Made by a program: the position numbers and the translations under genes. This document shows, piece after piece, positions 16,736-26,087 of a stretch of 64,000 nucleotides of DNA (position 1 is its first letter; every line of letters starts with the position of its first letter). The notes below the pieces were generated by a model. That model made no database searches and was not told where the DNA came from. It saw only the letters and a program-made list of their open reading frames with translations. Source of the DNA: Elusimicrobiaceae bacterium (GTDB lineage: Bacteria > Elusimicrobiota > Elusimicrobia > Elusimicrobiales > Elusimicrobiaceae); NCBI GenBank assembly GCA_045644515.1, contig JAZRHA010000008.1, positions 305 to 64,304 of the forward strand, in the 5' to 3' direction.

Positions 16736-19700
16736 TTACGGTATTAAAATCTTTATCACTCTTTGTGATTTCTTTGCATTACCTCTCAAAGGATCTAAGG
16801 TCATGATGGCATAATACAATCCGCGTGCAACTCTCTTGCCTGCGTTGTTATTCTTATCCCATTTACACCTCATTGCAAAATTGCGCCCTAGTGCATGGCT
16901 GCCTAGCAAGTCTTGAGAAATTGTACCTCCAGCATTAAGTGGATTGCTATATCCGCCTGCATTCCAATCTGGTGAAACGCCACCATAGACAGTATTGAAG
17001 TCTTCCAATGTTGCCACAGTACCTATTGCATTGACGCATTTATAACCGCTATCCCTTACCAAGTCTCCGGCAATATTATATATCTTAATATTTACTGTTC
17101 CCGGGGCAGGTACTTTGGTTATTTCAAAGAAACCGTTATCTTCCCTTAATGGGTTCGGGTAGAACATTGTAACTTTTGGATCTTTCCAATCAATATCAGC
17201 ATACCAGCTATCACCGTTTACTACGTTGATTACGCTCATATTAATGTATTTATCCCAATCCATAACGACTTCTGATATTTCATCATACTGCCCGGAATAA
17301 TCGATATTTCCGTCGTCATCCTCTCCTGGCTCATCCAATACTGGGTCGCCGGTAATACTGTTCATCCTATAACTATCTAAAACCGTTACAAACCTAAACG
17401 GATATATACCATCCGGTACTTTTTGGCCGGCATAATCTGTACCGTCCCAGATTTCTTCCAAACTTACTAAGTTCGGGCGTACACCAACTATTGCTTTAAC
17501 CAAAACATCACGTGTATCTGTTGAATACACATTACCATAACCTTGTATCGGGTTCTCTAATTCACCGGTAGCTAAGTTTACTATCCTTGTACCAGGTTTA
17601 AAGATTTGGATTGCCGTCTTCATCGGTACTGAGATTTGATAGGCAAATTTCCCTTGGTTCTTGTTTTGGGTTGCAACATCCCAAATATATCTGTCAAATA
17701 CTTGGAAGTTGTTTACCACCAAATTCCTGTTTTCTACAGTTATATTCAAGCCCGGATCTGTTATACCGTCGCTTAAATATGGTTCTGCGGTAAATTTGAC
17801 TTGGTAATTTGCAGTCTTTACATAATTACCTTTTGCGTCTTTACCATCCCAGTACAATGTATTTAGAACATCAGCATCATATATATTATAGTCTACCAGT
17901 GAACTGTTAACAAAGTTTGTTCTTGTTAATGTTCGGCAGGTTACACCTTGAGCATTGTTGCCAAATTCATCATAACAGGCACCGGGTACTGTGCTGATAA
18001 TTTCTACAGTCACACTGCTTACACGGTTTACGCTAAATTCTACTTCATAAGGTGCAAGTTCAACTGTTGCGCTACTGTAATATTGGGTTGGATGTGTTGC
18101 CCTTATATTAATATCGGTAAAGTATACAGGCCCGCGGGATACTGTTATATATCCGGTTACTTTATCAGTTGCGATCATAGCATCTAATGGGTGCCACGGA
18201 CCGTTTAACGGATACACTACTGCGGTATCTGTGCTATAATATTGGGCACCCGGCACTGATGCGCTTGCTATTATAATGTAAGGATATAAACCATCGGGCA
18301 TCATTTCGGTTGCTGTTTGGTTTGCATCTACTTTATAGCCGTCCCAGTAATCTGTTATTGTATAGCCTTCACCTTGGCGTGTGCCTTTAAATTCTTTAAT
18401 TGGATTTATTGGATTAGTATATGCGGCATCATGTATACAACAATCCGGATCCGTTGCCCAAACACTACAATTTTGTGGTTCTTCCGCCGGCCAAGGGCAG
18501 TTAGGACCTGTCGGTATAATTACGCCCTTGTCATAAATTTTTACTGAAGCTTCCATACTCTTTGAAAGCATATAACTTATGCTTGCAAGGCCGCTTGAAG
18601 TATTGCTGCTGCCCAGTTCAAGTAAAGGTGTTGTGGTTACATCAACTATCCTAAACATATCAACAGGGAACTCTATTGTTCTTGTTACCATTTTGGCAGG
18701 GAACAAGGCATCTTTTGCAGTTATCCTTAACATATAGTTACCGGCACTTGCATATCGGCCATTATCGTCAAGACCATCCCAGTAATATGTATTTTTTGTT
18801 AAGGCTTCTTTTACTTCATTTTCTGAAATTGTTTTTACTTTATAAGGTGCACATTTATCCGGCAATGCACCTGAAGGATCACTCTCACAAACACCGGCTG
18901 TATATGTGTCACTTGATGCTATTGTATAAATACCGGCATCTACATAACTATCCCTGCTCAAACTATAGCTGATTACGAACGGATCCAAACCATTTGCTAT
19001 TGGGCTGCTACCGATTGTGGAATATGAAACTGCATCAATAGTTATTTCCGGGTAGCCCCTGTTTATCGGCATTATACCATTATATATCATATAGGTTTTA
19101 ACGCCGCTCCATTTAACATTATTTACATTTACTATATTATTTTCCGGGTCAAAATTGGCACCGCCGTTTGAACCCGAGGAACTGCCATAAGGTATTTCCG
19201 CCCAGAGCAAGTACACATAATCGCCGTCCGGCAATGCACCGCCGTAGGCATAACCTGTGTTAGTTGTACCGGACCCCGGCTTTCCCGGATCTGATCCGCA
19301 GTTTGTTTCATCCCAACACATACCGTCCCATTTGCTATTTACAAGTACCCTGCGTGCTTTTTGTTCGGTATAACTTGCCACTCTCAAACCTGTTGGGGTA
19401 ATAGCAGGTACATTTGTAGTACCTGAAGATGGATGTATAGCAGTTGCACAATCACCTGCGTTTATTACATTACATATATTTAAGTTACTAAATGTTGTAC
19501 CGGGGGTGAAAATTTCAAGGTGTACGGTTGCGGCCTCTGTCAACATATAATCTATTTTGGCATAGGCTGTTGATTCTTTACTTAAACCTGTCACCGCAAT
19601 ATCTGTGATTTTTAACGGGTCCAAACTTAATTGGCGTGTTACTGCACGGGATAAATCTAAATCATTCGGTCCGGTCCATTCATCACGGCTTGAGGCCTGT

Positions 19701-21547
19701 ATGCTTACCATATAATTACCGTAAGGTAATAATCTGCCTTGGTCATCACGCCCGTCCCAGCTGTCTTCATTTGTTATAACTAAATCGTTTTGCGCACCGC
19801 CCTGGAAGCCCTCGCCGTCACGCGGTTGACCAATTACCAAATGGCGGTGGATTTTAAAATAGTTGCCCCATTGTGATGATAATTCAGGGTCAATAATATC
19901 TATTGTAGTTGTAGCATCTTTACTTAATCTATACCTTATTCTATATGGTGCAGTTATCACTGCAGGTGTTGTACCAACTAATGTTGGGCTGCTGCGTACT
20001 GAATGCACATTTGTTACATCAACCTGCATCGGTATTTGTGTGTCACCGGGGTATGCTATCATGTGTTCAATATTTAAATCGCTTGTTACTGAAATACCGT
20101 CACCCGGGTAATTTGTTTTTATTGTTGTTCTAAAACCAAACTGGCCATTACTTTTACCAAATTCACCGTCTATTTCATAACTGCCGTCCCACGGTGTGCA
20201 GAAATGTAATTTTTTTAAACCTGCTCTACAAGCATTTTTAGAAGGAAAAGATTGAACAGAATTACAGTCATCCGGATGATTACAGTGAAAAGAACCAGTT
20301 GGAGGTATCCACTGGCAATAATTATTTGCAGTTCCTGATGTACAATCGCCTTCTAATAAACCTACACAAGGTGAAGGATCTAATGGGGAACAACTAACAG
20401 GATCAGGAGCACAAACATCACTATCACATTGTCCGGTAGCTAAGAAATTAGTAGCACAAATATTTGAATTTTTGTATCTACATCCAACACCTTCTACCCA
20501 CTCACAAATATCTCCATACATACCGGTGCAGTTTACCTCTAATGCACCTTCATCAGCACATCTGTCAACTTGAAGATTGCGGCATCCCGGTCTACGAGAG
20601 CAAACATCCGAATCACATTCCCCATTAGCTATAAAATTGGTACTGCAAATATTTGCATTTTTGTATCTACATCCACTATTTACCCACTCACAAACATGTC
20701 CATACATACCGGTACATATCTGTTGTGTTGTACCTTCCTCGGCACAACTATCTGTAGAATGATTCACACAAGCACCTATATGGTAATCACAGAACTGGGC
20801 ATTACAACTAGACACGTTTTGACAAGTATCTGGCTTAGCCGAACAATGACCGGTACCAGTTGGCCACGTACAATCTTCGCAACAAGATTTCTTTTCTTCA
20901 GGATAAATATTGCAATCTTCACCACTACAAAAGACTGGTACCCCTTTGCATATATTGTCTATATCAGAACCTTGTGCTGGGTACATTGCTATAGTTCTTA
21001 TCGGTGGGGTTGTATCAGGGTTATATGGGTTTGAACCGGCTTGATATTTAAAAATATCAAATAAAATTGTTTGGATAGGAAAGTCCCCACTTGCGATGGT
21101 ATTTATTACTGTCGCGGTACCACTGGAATTGGAACTTTCTGTTAGTCTTACAGGGTTTGAACAAGTGACTTCAGCACATAAAGTTAAACAATGGTTAGGA
21201 TAAGGTGCGGGTGTTGATTCATCAGGGTAAACCTTATCAAATTCAATTAATGCGGAATTTACCCAAGGATCTTCTGAAGCCTGATTATAACCATTTACAA
21301 ACCAATGGTTCGGATTTAAGAAAAATGAACGATTTCCGTACGATTTGGAATTCGGATAATTAGATGGATCTATTTTACATTGATAATTGGCAACTTGGTC
21401 TTGTGTACCAGGATAATAGACGAAATTATTTGTAACCATCGCTGTTTGGGAAAATAAATTTACCGCCCCAAAGATAATAAAACAAAGCACCCCTAAAATA
21501 GGAAATGCCCTAAAAAAAGAAATCCTATTAAATGTAATATTTTTCAT
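16736..21547 (-). CDS. Giant secreted Cys-rich protein with about 7 FlgD-Ig-like modules and a T9SS-type C-terminal domain; putative adhesin
   Basis: Signal peptide; Cys-rich tandem repeats (aa 262-381). Recurrent WDG[RKLT]D..G..[LV]P.G.Y motifs (WDGRDDQGRLLPYGNYMV, WDGLDDNGRYASAGNYML, WDGKDAKGNYVKTANYQV, WDGTDYAGQKVPDGIYPF). C-terminus FYPNPL...VNIKIYNIAGDLVR...ARGLYYAIMTL...RVIKILIP. The ORF-track start at 21553 is TTG. The ATG at 21547 has SD GAGGTG. Confidence 0.8.
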   Translation of the reverse strand: MKNITFNRISFFRAFPILGVLCFIIFGAVNLFSQTAMVTNNFVYYPGTQDQVANYQCKIDPSNYPNSKSYGNRSFFLNPNHWFVNGYNQASEDPWVNSALIEFDKVYPDESTPAPYPNHCLTLCAEVTCSNPVRLTESSNSSGTATVINTIASGDFPIQTILFDIFKYQAGSNPYNPDTTPPIRTIAMYPAQGSDIDNICKGVPVFCSGEDCNIYPEEKKSCCEDCTWPTGTGHCSAKPDTCQNVSSCNAQFCDYHIGACVNHSTDSCAEEGTTQQICTGMYGHVCEWVNSGCRYKNANICSTNFIANGECDSDVCSRRPGCRNLQVDRCADEGALEVNCTGMYGDICEWVEGVGCRYKNSNICATNFLATGQCDSDVCAPDPVSCSPLDPSPCVGLLEGDCTSGTANNYCQWIPPTGSFHCNHPDDCNSVQSFPSKNACRAGLKKLHFCTPWDGSYEIDGEFGKSNGQFGFRTTIKTNYPGDGISVTSDLNIEHMIAYPGDTQIPMQVDVTNVHSVRSSPTLVGTTPAVITAPYRIRYRLSKDATTTIDIIDPELSSQWGNYFKIHRHLVIGQPRDGEGFQGGAQNDLVITNEDSWDGRDDQGRLLPYGNYMVSIQASSRDEWTGPNDLDLSRAVTRQLSLDPLKITDIAVTGLSKESTAYAKIDYMLTEAATVHLEIFTPGTTFSNLNICNVINAGDCATAIHPSSGTTNVPAITPTGLRVASYTEQKARRVLVNSKWDGMCWDETNCGSDPGKPGSGTTNTGYAYGGALPDGDYVYLLWAEIPYGSSSGSNGGANFDPENNIVNVNNVKWSGVKTYMIYNGIMPINRGYPEITIDAVSYSTIGSSPIANGLDPFVISYSLSRDSYVDAGIYTIASSDTYTAGVCESDPSGALPDKCAPYKVKTISENEVKEALTKNTYYWDGLDDNGRYASAGNYMLRITAKDALFPAKMVTRTIEFPVDMFRIVDVTTTPLLELGSSNTSSGLASISYMLSKSMEASVKIYDKGVIIPTGPNCPWPAEEPQNCSVWATDPDCCIHDAAYTNPINPIKEFKGTRQGEGYTITDYWDGYKVDANQTATEMMPDGLYPYIIIASASVPGAQYYSTDTAVVYPLNGPWHPLDAMIATDKVTGYITVSRGPVYFTDINIRATHPTQYYSSATVELAPYEVEFSVNRVSSVTVEIISTVPGACYDEFGNNAQGVTCRTLTRTNFVNSSLVDYNIYDADVLNTLYWDGKDAKGNYVKTANYQVKFTAEPYLSDGITDPGLNITVENRNLVVNNFQVFDRYIWDVATQNKNQGKFAYQISVPMKTAIQIFKPGTRIVNLATGELENPIQGYGNVYSTDTRDVLVKAIVGVRPNLVSLEEIWDGTDYAGQKVPDGIYPFRFVTVLDSYRMNSITGDPVLDEPGEDDDGNIDYSGQYDEISEVVMDWDKYINMSVINVVNGDSWYADIDWKDPKVTMFYPNPLREDNGFFEITKVPAPGTVNIKIYNIAGDLVRDSGYKCVNAIGTVATLEDFNTVYGGVSPDWNAGGYSNPLNAGGTISQDLLGSHALGRNFAMRCKWDKNNNAGKRVARGLYYAIMTLDPLRGNAKKSQRVIKILIP

Positions 21548-21570
21548 AATCAAAAAAACACCTCAAATAT

Positions 21571-21599
21571 ATTTTCGCAACTTTTGAGCAAAATGTCAA
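21571..21599 (-). promoter_or_regulatory. Sigma-70-type promoter of the giant-protein gene
   Basis: Minus strand reads TTGACA (21599-21594), a 17-nt spacer ending in TGc, then GAAAAT (21576-21571). SD and ATG follow within 25 nt. Confidence 0.55.
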
Positions 21600-21710
21600 C
21601 AACTTTTTTAAATCCCCTATACACTCAAAACTTTTTCCCTTTTCCCTGCCCTTATTTTTTAATGTATGTAAGTCATAACCTGGGTTATTAAATAAAACTT
21701 TTTTCCTTTT

Positions 21711-21974
21711 TCTCTTCCCCCCTTTTTAAGGTGGGGAAGTTGGAAGCGGGGTTATTAAATTTGTTTCCTTTTATTCCTCTCCCCTTCCCAAGGTGGAGAG
21801 GTTAGGCGTGGGGTTGTCAAATCTGATTTCCTTTATTTTATAACCCCACCCCCTGCCCCTCCACCTTTCTAACGAAAGGGGCGGGGAGTACTTGAAATAT
21901 TTCCTAATTTAACAAAAATTTACTTCCTATTTTTCCTCTCCCCTTCCTAAGGTGGAGAGGTTAGGTGTGGGGTT
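21711..21974. repeat. Array of four REP-like units (21711-21753, 21774-21815, inverted 21842-21889, 21933-21974)
   Basis: Read directly from the sequence. Unit 21842-21889 is identical over 48 nt to 22402-22449. Unit 21933-21974 overlaps the 3' end of the DUF559 CDS. Confidence 0.9.
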
Positions 21975-22313
21975 GTCTGCAATAGCCTTATATATAACCG
22001 CTAAAACAGTTTGTAAATTAAGAAATATATCTCTGTTCCAAAAACGTAAAACCGTATAACCTTTACTTCTTAAAAATTCATCTCTTACTTTGTCTTTTTC
22101 CTTAGTATGTTGCCCGCCGTCACATTCTATTATCAATTTATTTTTTATTGCAACAAAATCTGCAATATACCTACCGATTTGATATTGCCTTCTAAAATGA
22201 ATTTGTGAAAATTTATCTCGTAAATGATACCATAAAAATCTTTCAGCTTCAGTAGAAGTATGCCTCATTGTTTTTGCTAAATTTTGTATATTTTTACTTC
22301 TCTTTTTAATCAT
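21927..22313 (-). CDS. DUF559 (Vsr-like, PD-(D/E)xK fold) endonuclease-domain protein
   Basis: ERFLWYHLRDKFSQIHFRRQYQIGRYIADFVAIKNKLIIECDGGQHTKEKDKVRDEFLRSKGYTVLRFWNRDIF is the classical DUF559 signature. The last 14 codons (NPTPNLSTLGRGEE) are read from a REP unit. Confidence 0.85.
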   Translation of the reverse strand: MIKKRSKNIQNLAKTMRHTSTEAERFLWYHLRDKFSQIHFRRQYQIGRYIADFVAIKNKLIIECDGGQHTKEKDKVRDEFLRSKGYTVLRFWNRDIFLNLQTVLAVIYKAIADNPTPNLSTLGRGEEK

Positions 22314-22335
22314 TTTTTAAATTTATTTCCTTAAA

Positions 22336-22449
22336 CTCTTCCCCCCTTTTTAAGGGGGGGAAGTTGGAAGCGGGTTTATTAAATTTGTTTCCTTATTTTT
22401 CAACCCCACCCCCTGCCCCTCCACCTTTCTAACGAAAGGGGCGGGGAGT
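22336..22449. repeat. Composite REP-like palindrome (variant unit 22336-22377, spacer, inverted unit 22402-22449)
   Basis: Near-identical direct copy of the outer parts of the 21711-21889 array, with the same attaaatttgtttcctt spacer. Confidence 0.9.
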
Positions 22450-22465
22450 GTAATGTATCACTTTT

Positions 22466-24040
22466 TTATTTTGTTTCCTTCTTTGCCTTATTAAGCCCCT
22501 TTTTGGCTGCTTTATTTTTGGGGTTAATTTTTAAAACGCTTTCATAATTTTTTATTGCATTTTCAAAATCTTTCAAAGCATAATTAACAGCTGCTTTATG
22601 CAAATAAATTTCTTCATCTTTTACTTCAGGGAAACTGCTTAAAATTTTATTTGCTTCCGCAAAATTCCCGGCCTTAAAATAATACCAAGCAAGTGAATCT
22701 TGATAGGCAATTTCACCCGGTTTCAAACTTAATGCTTTGGAAATTAATTTGTAGCCTTCTTCTAAATCTTTTTTGCTGCCTTTATCCACATAAAAATATC
22801 CAAGGAAATTTAAAGCCTGCGCATTATCCGGGTTTATGGTAAGAAGTTTTCTTAAAACTTCTTCCATCTTTTTATACTTTTTTTGCTCATAAAGCACCGC
22901 GGAATAATTGAAAAGTATAAGTTCGTTTTCCGGCACATTTTGCAAAATTTCTTCAAAAACTTTTGAGGCTTTATTATACTTTTTACCGTCTATCAAAGCC
23001 AAAGCATAATAATAAGAAATTTCATTATTGTCAGGGAATTTTTTATGCGCGCTTTCCATTAAATTTAAAAGTTCTTCTTGCTTCGAAAGCATGCTTAAAT
23101 AATAACCGGCTTTAATTTGCATGGCAGGAACTTCGTCAAAATCACGCGCTTTTTTGAGATAGTTTAAAGCGCTTTCATAACGCCCTTGGTTTTGTTCATA
23201 AACCGCAAAATAACGCGCTGCATATGGGTTTTTATCGTCTAAAATAAAAAGTTCTTCAAAATATTTTTTAGCATTATCCTCATCATTTTCCAACACTGCC
23301 AAAGCGCCCAACTTTTCAAGCATTTCTGTGTTTATAAAACCGTCTTTATGCATGGCTTGATAAGTGGAATAAAGTTTTTTTGTGTCCTTTTTTCGCTCGT
23401 AAATTTTAACTAGATTTAGGTAAATTTCTTCTTTATTTCTTACAGTTTTTAAAGATTTTTCCAACACATAAATTGCTTTGTCTTCCTCTTTATTTTTTAA
23501 GTAAATATCTGCAATTTTCAGTTTTATAAAACTTTCCGCTTGCGGGTATTCTTTTGCTAAGTTACTTAAGTAATTTATTGCAGCCTGTTGGTTTTTACTT
23601 GCCAAAATCCCGGCGTAGTGGAAGGATAAATCTAAATTTTCCGGGTTAAGTTTTAAGGCTTTTTTGTATTCGTTTAATGCTTGTGTTAAAGAGCCTTCAC
23701 GCAAATAATAATCACCCAAAAGGGTATGATCTTGCCAAGATTTCTCTTTTAAATTTTCATGCGCAGTTTTGCAAAAATTAAATTCCTCTTTTTTATTATC
23801 AAGCGCAAGGTAACAGTACTCATGTATTATGTGTTTATCTTCGGGGGTTTGGTCCAAAAGTTCTTTAAGAAGTGCAAGGGCCTCTTGTTTATTATTTTCC
23901 TTTTCAAACTTTAAGGCCTGCAAAAATTTATTATAAAAATCTGCCTGTTTTTGTGCATTCTCAGACAACTCAAAATTACCGTCAAATGCAAAAATTACGC
24001 CGGAAAGTAAACATAAAAAAATAGTAGTCTTTATCTTCAT
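22466..24040 (-). CDS. Secreted TPR-repeat protein
   Basis: Signal peptide and many TPR-like A/Y/L heptads (ALNEYKKALKLNPEN, AIKNYESVLKINPKN). Confidence 0.75.
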   Translation of the reverse strand: MKIKTTIFLCLLSGVIFAFDGNFELSENAQKQADFYNKFLQALKFEKENNKQEALALLKELLDQTPEDKHIIHEYCYLALDNKKEEFNFCKTAHENLKEKSWQDHTLLGDYYLREGSLTQALNEYKKALKLNPENLDLSFHYAGILASKNQQAAINYLSNLAKEYPQAESFIKLKIADIYLKNKEEDKAIYVLEKSLKTVRNKEEIYLNLVKIYERKKDTKKLYSTYQAMHKDGFINTEMLEKLGALAVLENDEDNAKKYFEELFILDDKNPYAARYFAVYEQNQGRYESALNYLKKARDFDEVPAMQIKAGYYLSMLSKQEELLNLMESAHKKFPDNNEISYYYALALIDGKKYNKASKVFEEILQNVPENELILFNYSAVLYEQKKYKKMEEVLRKLLTINPDNAQALNFLGYFYVDKGSKKDLEEGYKLISKALSLKPGEIAYQDSLAWYYFKAGNFAEANKILSSFPEVKDEEIYLHKAAVNYALKDFENAIKNYESVLKINPKNKAAKKGLNKAKKETK

Positions 24041-24489
24041 AAATTTAATTTTAGGATTTGTGCATCCTCCCCCATATTATAAAATTTTTTGCGAGTGTTT
24101 ACATTAACAAATTTAAATTTTTTATAAAATTCCTTCGCCGCTGTGTTTGCTGAAGACACTTCCAAAGTAATTTCTTTTACACCTTTCCCTTTTAAAAAAT
24201 TTAAAGTATATGTAAAAAGTTCCGTCCCGTAATGTTTACGTTGCATTTGCGGGCACACGGCGAAATTTGTTATTTCTGCCGTCTCATAAGCAAAACGCAC
24301 AGCACAAAAACCAAGTACGGTTTTTATGTTATTTCGGTCATCACTGATTATAAAAATCTTTGATGTTTTTTGTGTGGCTTCTGTTTGAAAATCACCGGTA
24401 CTCCACGCCGCGGCGGTTTTTGTTTGCACGCAAATTTCAGCCAATGTTTGGGCAGTTTCTCCACCTGAAAAAGTACTTATTTCCCACAT
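24037..24489 (-). CDS. rimI: GNAT acetyltransferase, ribosomal-protein-alanine N-acetyltransferase RimI-like
   Basis: GNAT acetyl-CoA motif (QRKHYGTELF). Canonical tsaE-tsaB-rimI gene order. Confidence 0.7.
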   Translation of the reverse strand: MWEISTFSGGETAQTLAEICVQTKTAAAWSTGDFQTEATQKTSKIFIISDDRNNIKTVLGFCAVRFAYETAEITNFAVCPQMQRKHYGTELFTYTLNFLKGKGVKEITLEVSSANTAAKEFYKKFKFVNVNTRKKFYNMGEDAQILKLNL

Positions 24490-25139
24490 AATTCAAAACG
24501 CGCCGGCTTTAAGTAAAGCGGTGTTAAAACTTCTTCTTTACTTTGTTTGCCTAAATGTTTTTGTGCTGCACAAAGTAAAATTTCAGGCGTCAAAAAATTT
24601 GTTTTTGAGTACGCATAATTTTTGCCGAAATATTTTTTTAAACTCTCTTTTGCACCGGCCCAACCAGCCAAAAACAAAGGTACTTTTTGTGCGCAAAGTT
24701 CTTTATTTAAATCTTCAATATTAAGCCATTTTGGGTTATTTTCACCGATAAAACTTGCAAAATATTCTTCCCTGAAAGCAGGTAAAATTATAATTGCTTT
24801 GCCTTTCGGGTTTTTGGTTTTCCATTTTTTAAAATCTCCACTTTCCAAAATAGCAGGGCCAAGCACATTAAAAATATCGGCACTTGCAATATCTGTGCCG
24901 TTAATTTCCGCCAGCACCGATGCTAGTGTGACACCGATTCTAATACCCGTAAAACGCCCGGGGCCTTTTATAAAAAAGAAGTTTTTCGTATCTTTAAATT
25001 TTTTACCGGCTTTCTTATAAAGTTTTTTAAGTAGCGGGAATAAAAGTTCCTCTTGCTTAATGCCGTCTTTACTCGCAGAATAAATTTTGCCGTCTGAAAC
25101 TAACGCCGCAAGCAAAGGGGCAGTTGAACTATCAAGCAT
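24477..25139 (-). CDS. tsaB: tRNA t6A37 biosynthesis protein TsaB
   Basis: MLDSSTAPLLAALV...FFFIKGPGRFTGIRIGVTLASVLA. The ORF-track start at 25205 is TTG and overlaps tsaE by 50 nt. The ATG at 25139 lies after the tsaE stop; the ATG at 25184 is also possible. Confidence 0.8.
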   Translation of the reverse strand: MLDSSTAPLLAALVSDGKIYSASKDGIKQEELLFPLLKKLYKKAGKKFKDTKNFFFIKGPGRFTGIRIGVTLASVLAEINGTDIASADIFNVLGPAILESGDFKKWKTKNPKGKAIIILPAFREEYFASFIGENNPKWLNIEDLNKELCAQKVPLFLAGWAGAKESLKKYFGKNYAYSKTNFLTPEILLCAAQKHLGKQSKEEVLTPLYLKPARFELCGK

Positions 25140-25155
25140 TAAAGTTAAACCCAAA

Positions 25156-25650
25156 TCATTTTGTTTTGATACTATTTTTTGCATAAATTTTATGTAAAAC
25201 CTCAAGTAAATTTCCTGCCTTTTTGCCTAATGCCTTTAAGGTAATTTTGCGTTTATCTCCTTCAAGCAAAGCAACAGTTATTTCAAGGCGCGAATTTGGG
25301 AAAAAGTTTTTTGCCGGTTCCGGCCATTCCACCAGCAAAACTGCGTTTTCATCTTCTAACATTTCTTCAAAACCAAGGTTAAACATTTCCCCTTCTTCCA
25401 GGCGGAACAAATCAGCATGATACAAATTAAATTTTTTGCCCTTATATTTTTTTAAGAGTGAAAAACTTGCACTTACCGGCATTTTTTTAACCCCAAAAGT
25501 TTTAACAATTTCTTTAACCATCACCGTTTTGCCGGCACCTATCGGGCCCTCAAAAAATAAAATTTCCCCCCCTTTTAAGAGGGTGGCGATTTTACGGGCA
25601 ATGTTTTTTGTCTCCGCAGGGGATAAAGAAGTTAATTTTAAACTTTTCAC
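25156..25650 (-). CDS. tsaE: tRNA t6A37 biosynthesis ATPase TsaE
   Basis: Walker A GPIGAGKT and HADLFRL motif. GTG start. Confidence 0.8.
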   Translation of the reverse strand: MKSLKLTSLSPAETKNIARKIATLLKGGEILFFEGPIGAGKTVMVKEIVKTFGVKKMPVSASFSLLKKYKGKKFNLYHADLFRLEEGEMFNLGFEEMLEDENAVLLVEWPEPAKNFFPNSRLEITVALLEGDKRKITLKALGKKAGNLLEVLHKIYAKNSIKTK

Positions 25651-26087
25651 TATTTAACCTCTAAAATATTATAAACTTCGCCTTCTAAAGTTATTTTTGC
25701 GGAACTTTCATCAAGTGCGGTTTTGCCGTCAACTAAAAAACGGTATTTATATTTGCCCCTAGGTAAAGCAAGATTTAAAGTGAATATTTCAATATCATTT
25801 TCACTCTTATTTAAAGTTAAAGGATATGCACCCCAAGCGTTAAAATCACCAACAATTTGCACTTCTTTTGCCGCCGGTGAAACATAAGAAAATGTTACCC
25901 TTTGCGGTTTTAAATTTTCAACTGCCTTTTCTTGCGCAAATGTTTGTTTATACTTCGGTCGCACAATAATTCGCGGTGAATAAAAATTGTTAAAATGTTG
26001 AAAACTAATTATAAATATCACCACTAAGGCACCGCATAAAAGGCCGTAAAAAATAAGGGCAGGAATATTTAGGGCTTTACTATGCAT
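25650..26087 (-). CDS. Membrane-anchored glycogen-binding (CBM48/AMPK-beta GBD-like) domain protein
   Basis: TM helix then VQIVGDFNAWGAYPLTL...LPRGKYKYRFLVDG. ATG at 26087; the track's first M is TTG. Confidence 0.6.
   Translation of the reverse strand: MHSKALNIPALIFYGLLCGALVVIFIISFQHFNNFYSPRIIVRPKYKQTFAQEKAVENLKPQRVTFSYVSPAAKEVQIVGDFNAWGAYPLTLNKSENDIEIFTLNLALPRGKYKYRFLVDGKTALDESSAKITLEGEVYNILEVK

Noticed and set aside
16574-22449. Possibility that the clustered short repeats are a CRISPR array
   Set aside because: The units occur in both orientations with irregular spacing (20-60 nt, or a whole gene). The spacers are themselves conserved between copies. No cas genes are present.
24477-25205. 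Large gene overlaps suggested by the ORF track (tsaE/tsaB 50 nt, HK/hybrid HK 26 nt, kdsD/lptC 20 nt, murA/folC 38 nt)
   Set aside because: In each case the track's first codon is TTG or GTG. An in-frame ATG sits within 1-15 nt after the upstream stop. The overlaps are artefacts of longest-ORF calling, not programmed overlaps.
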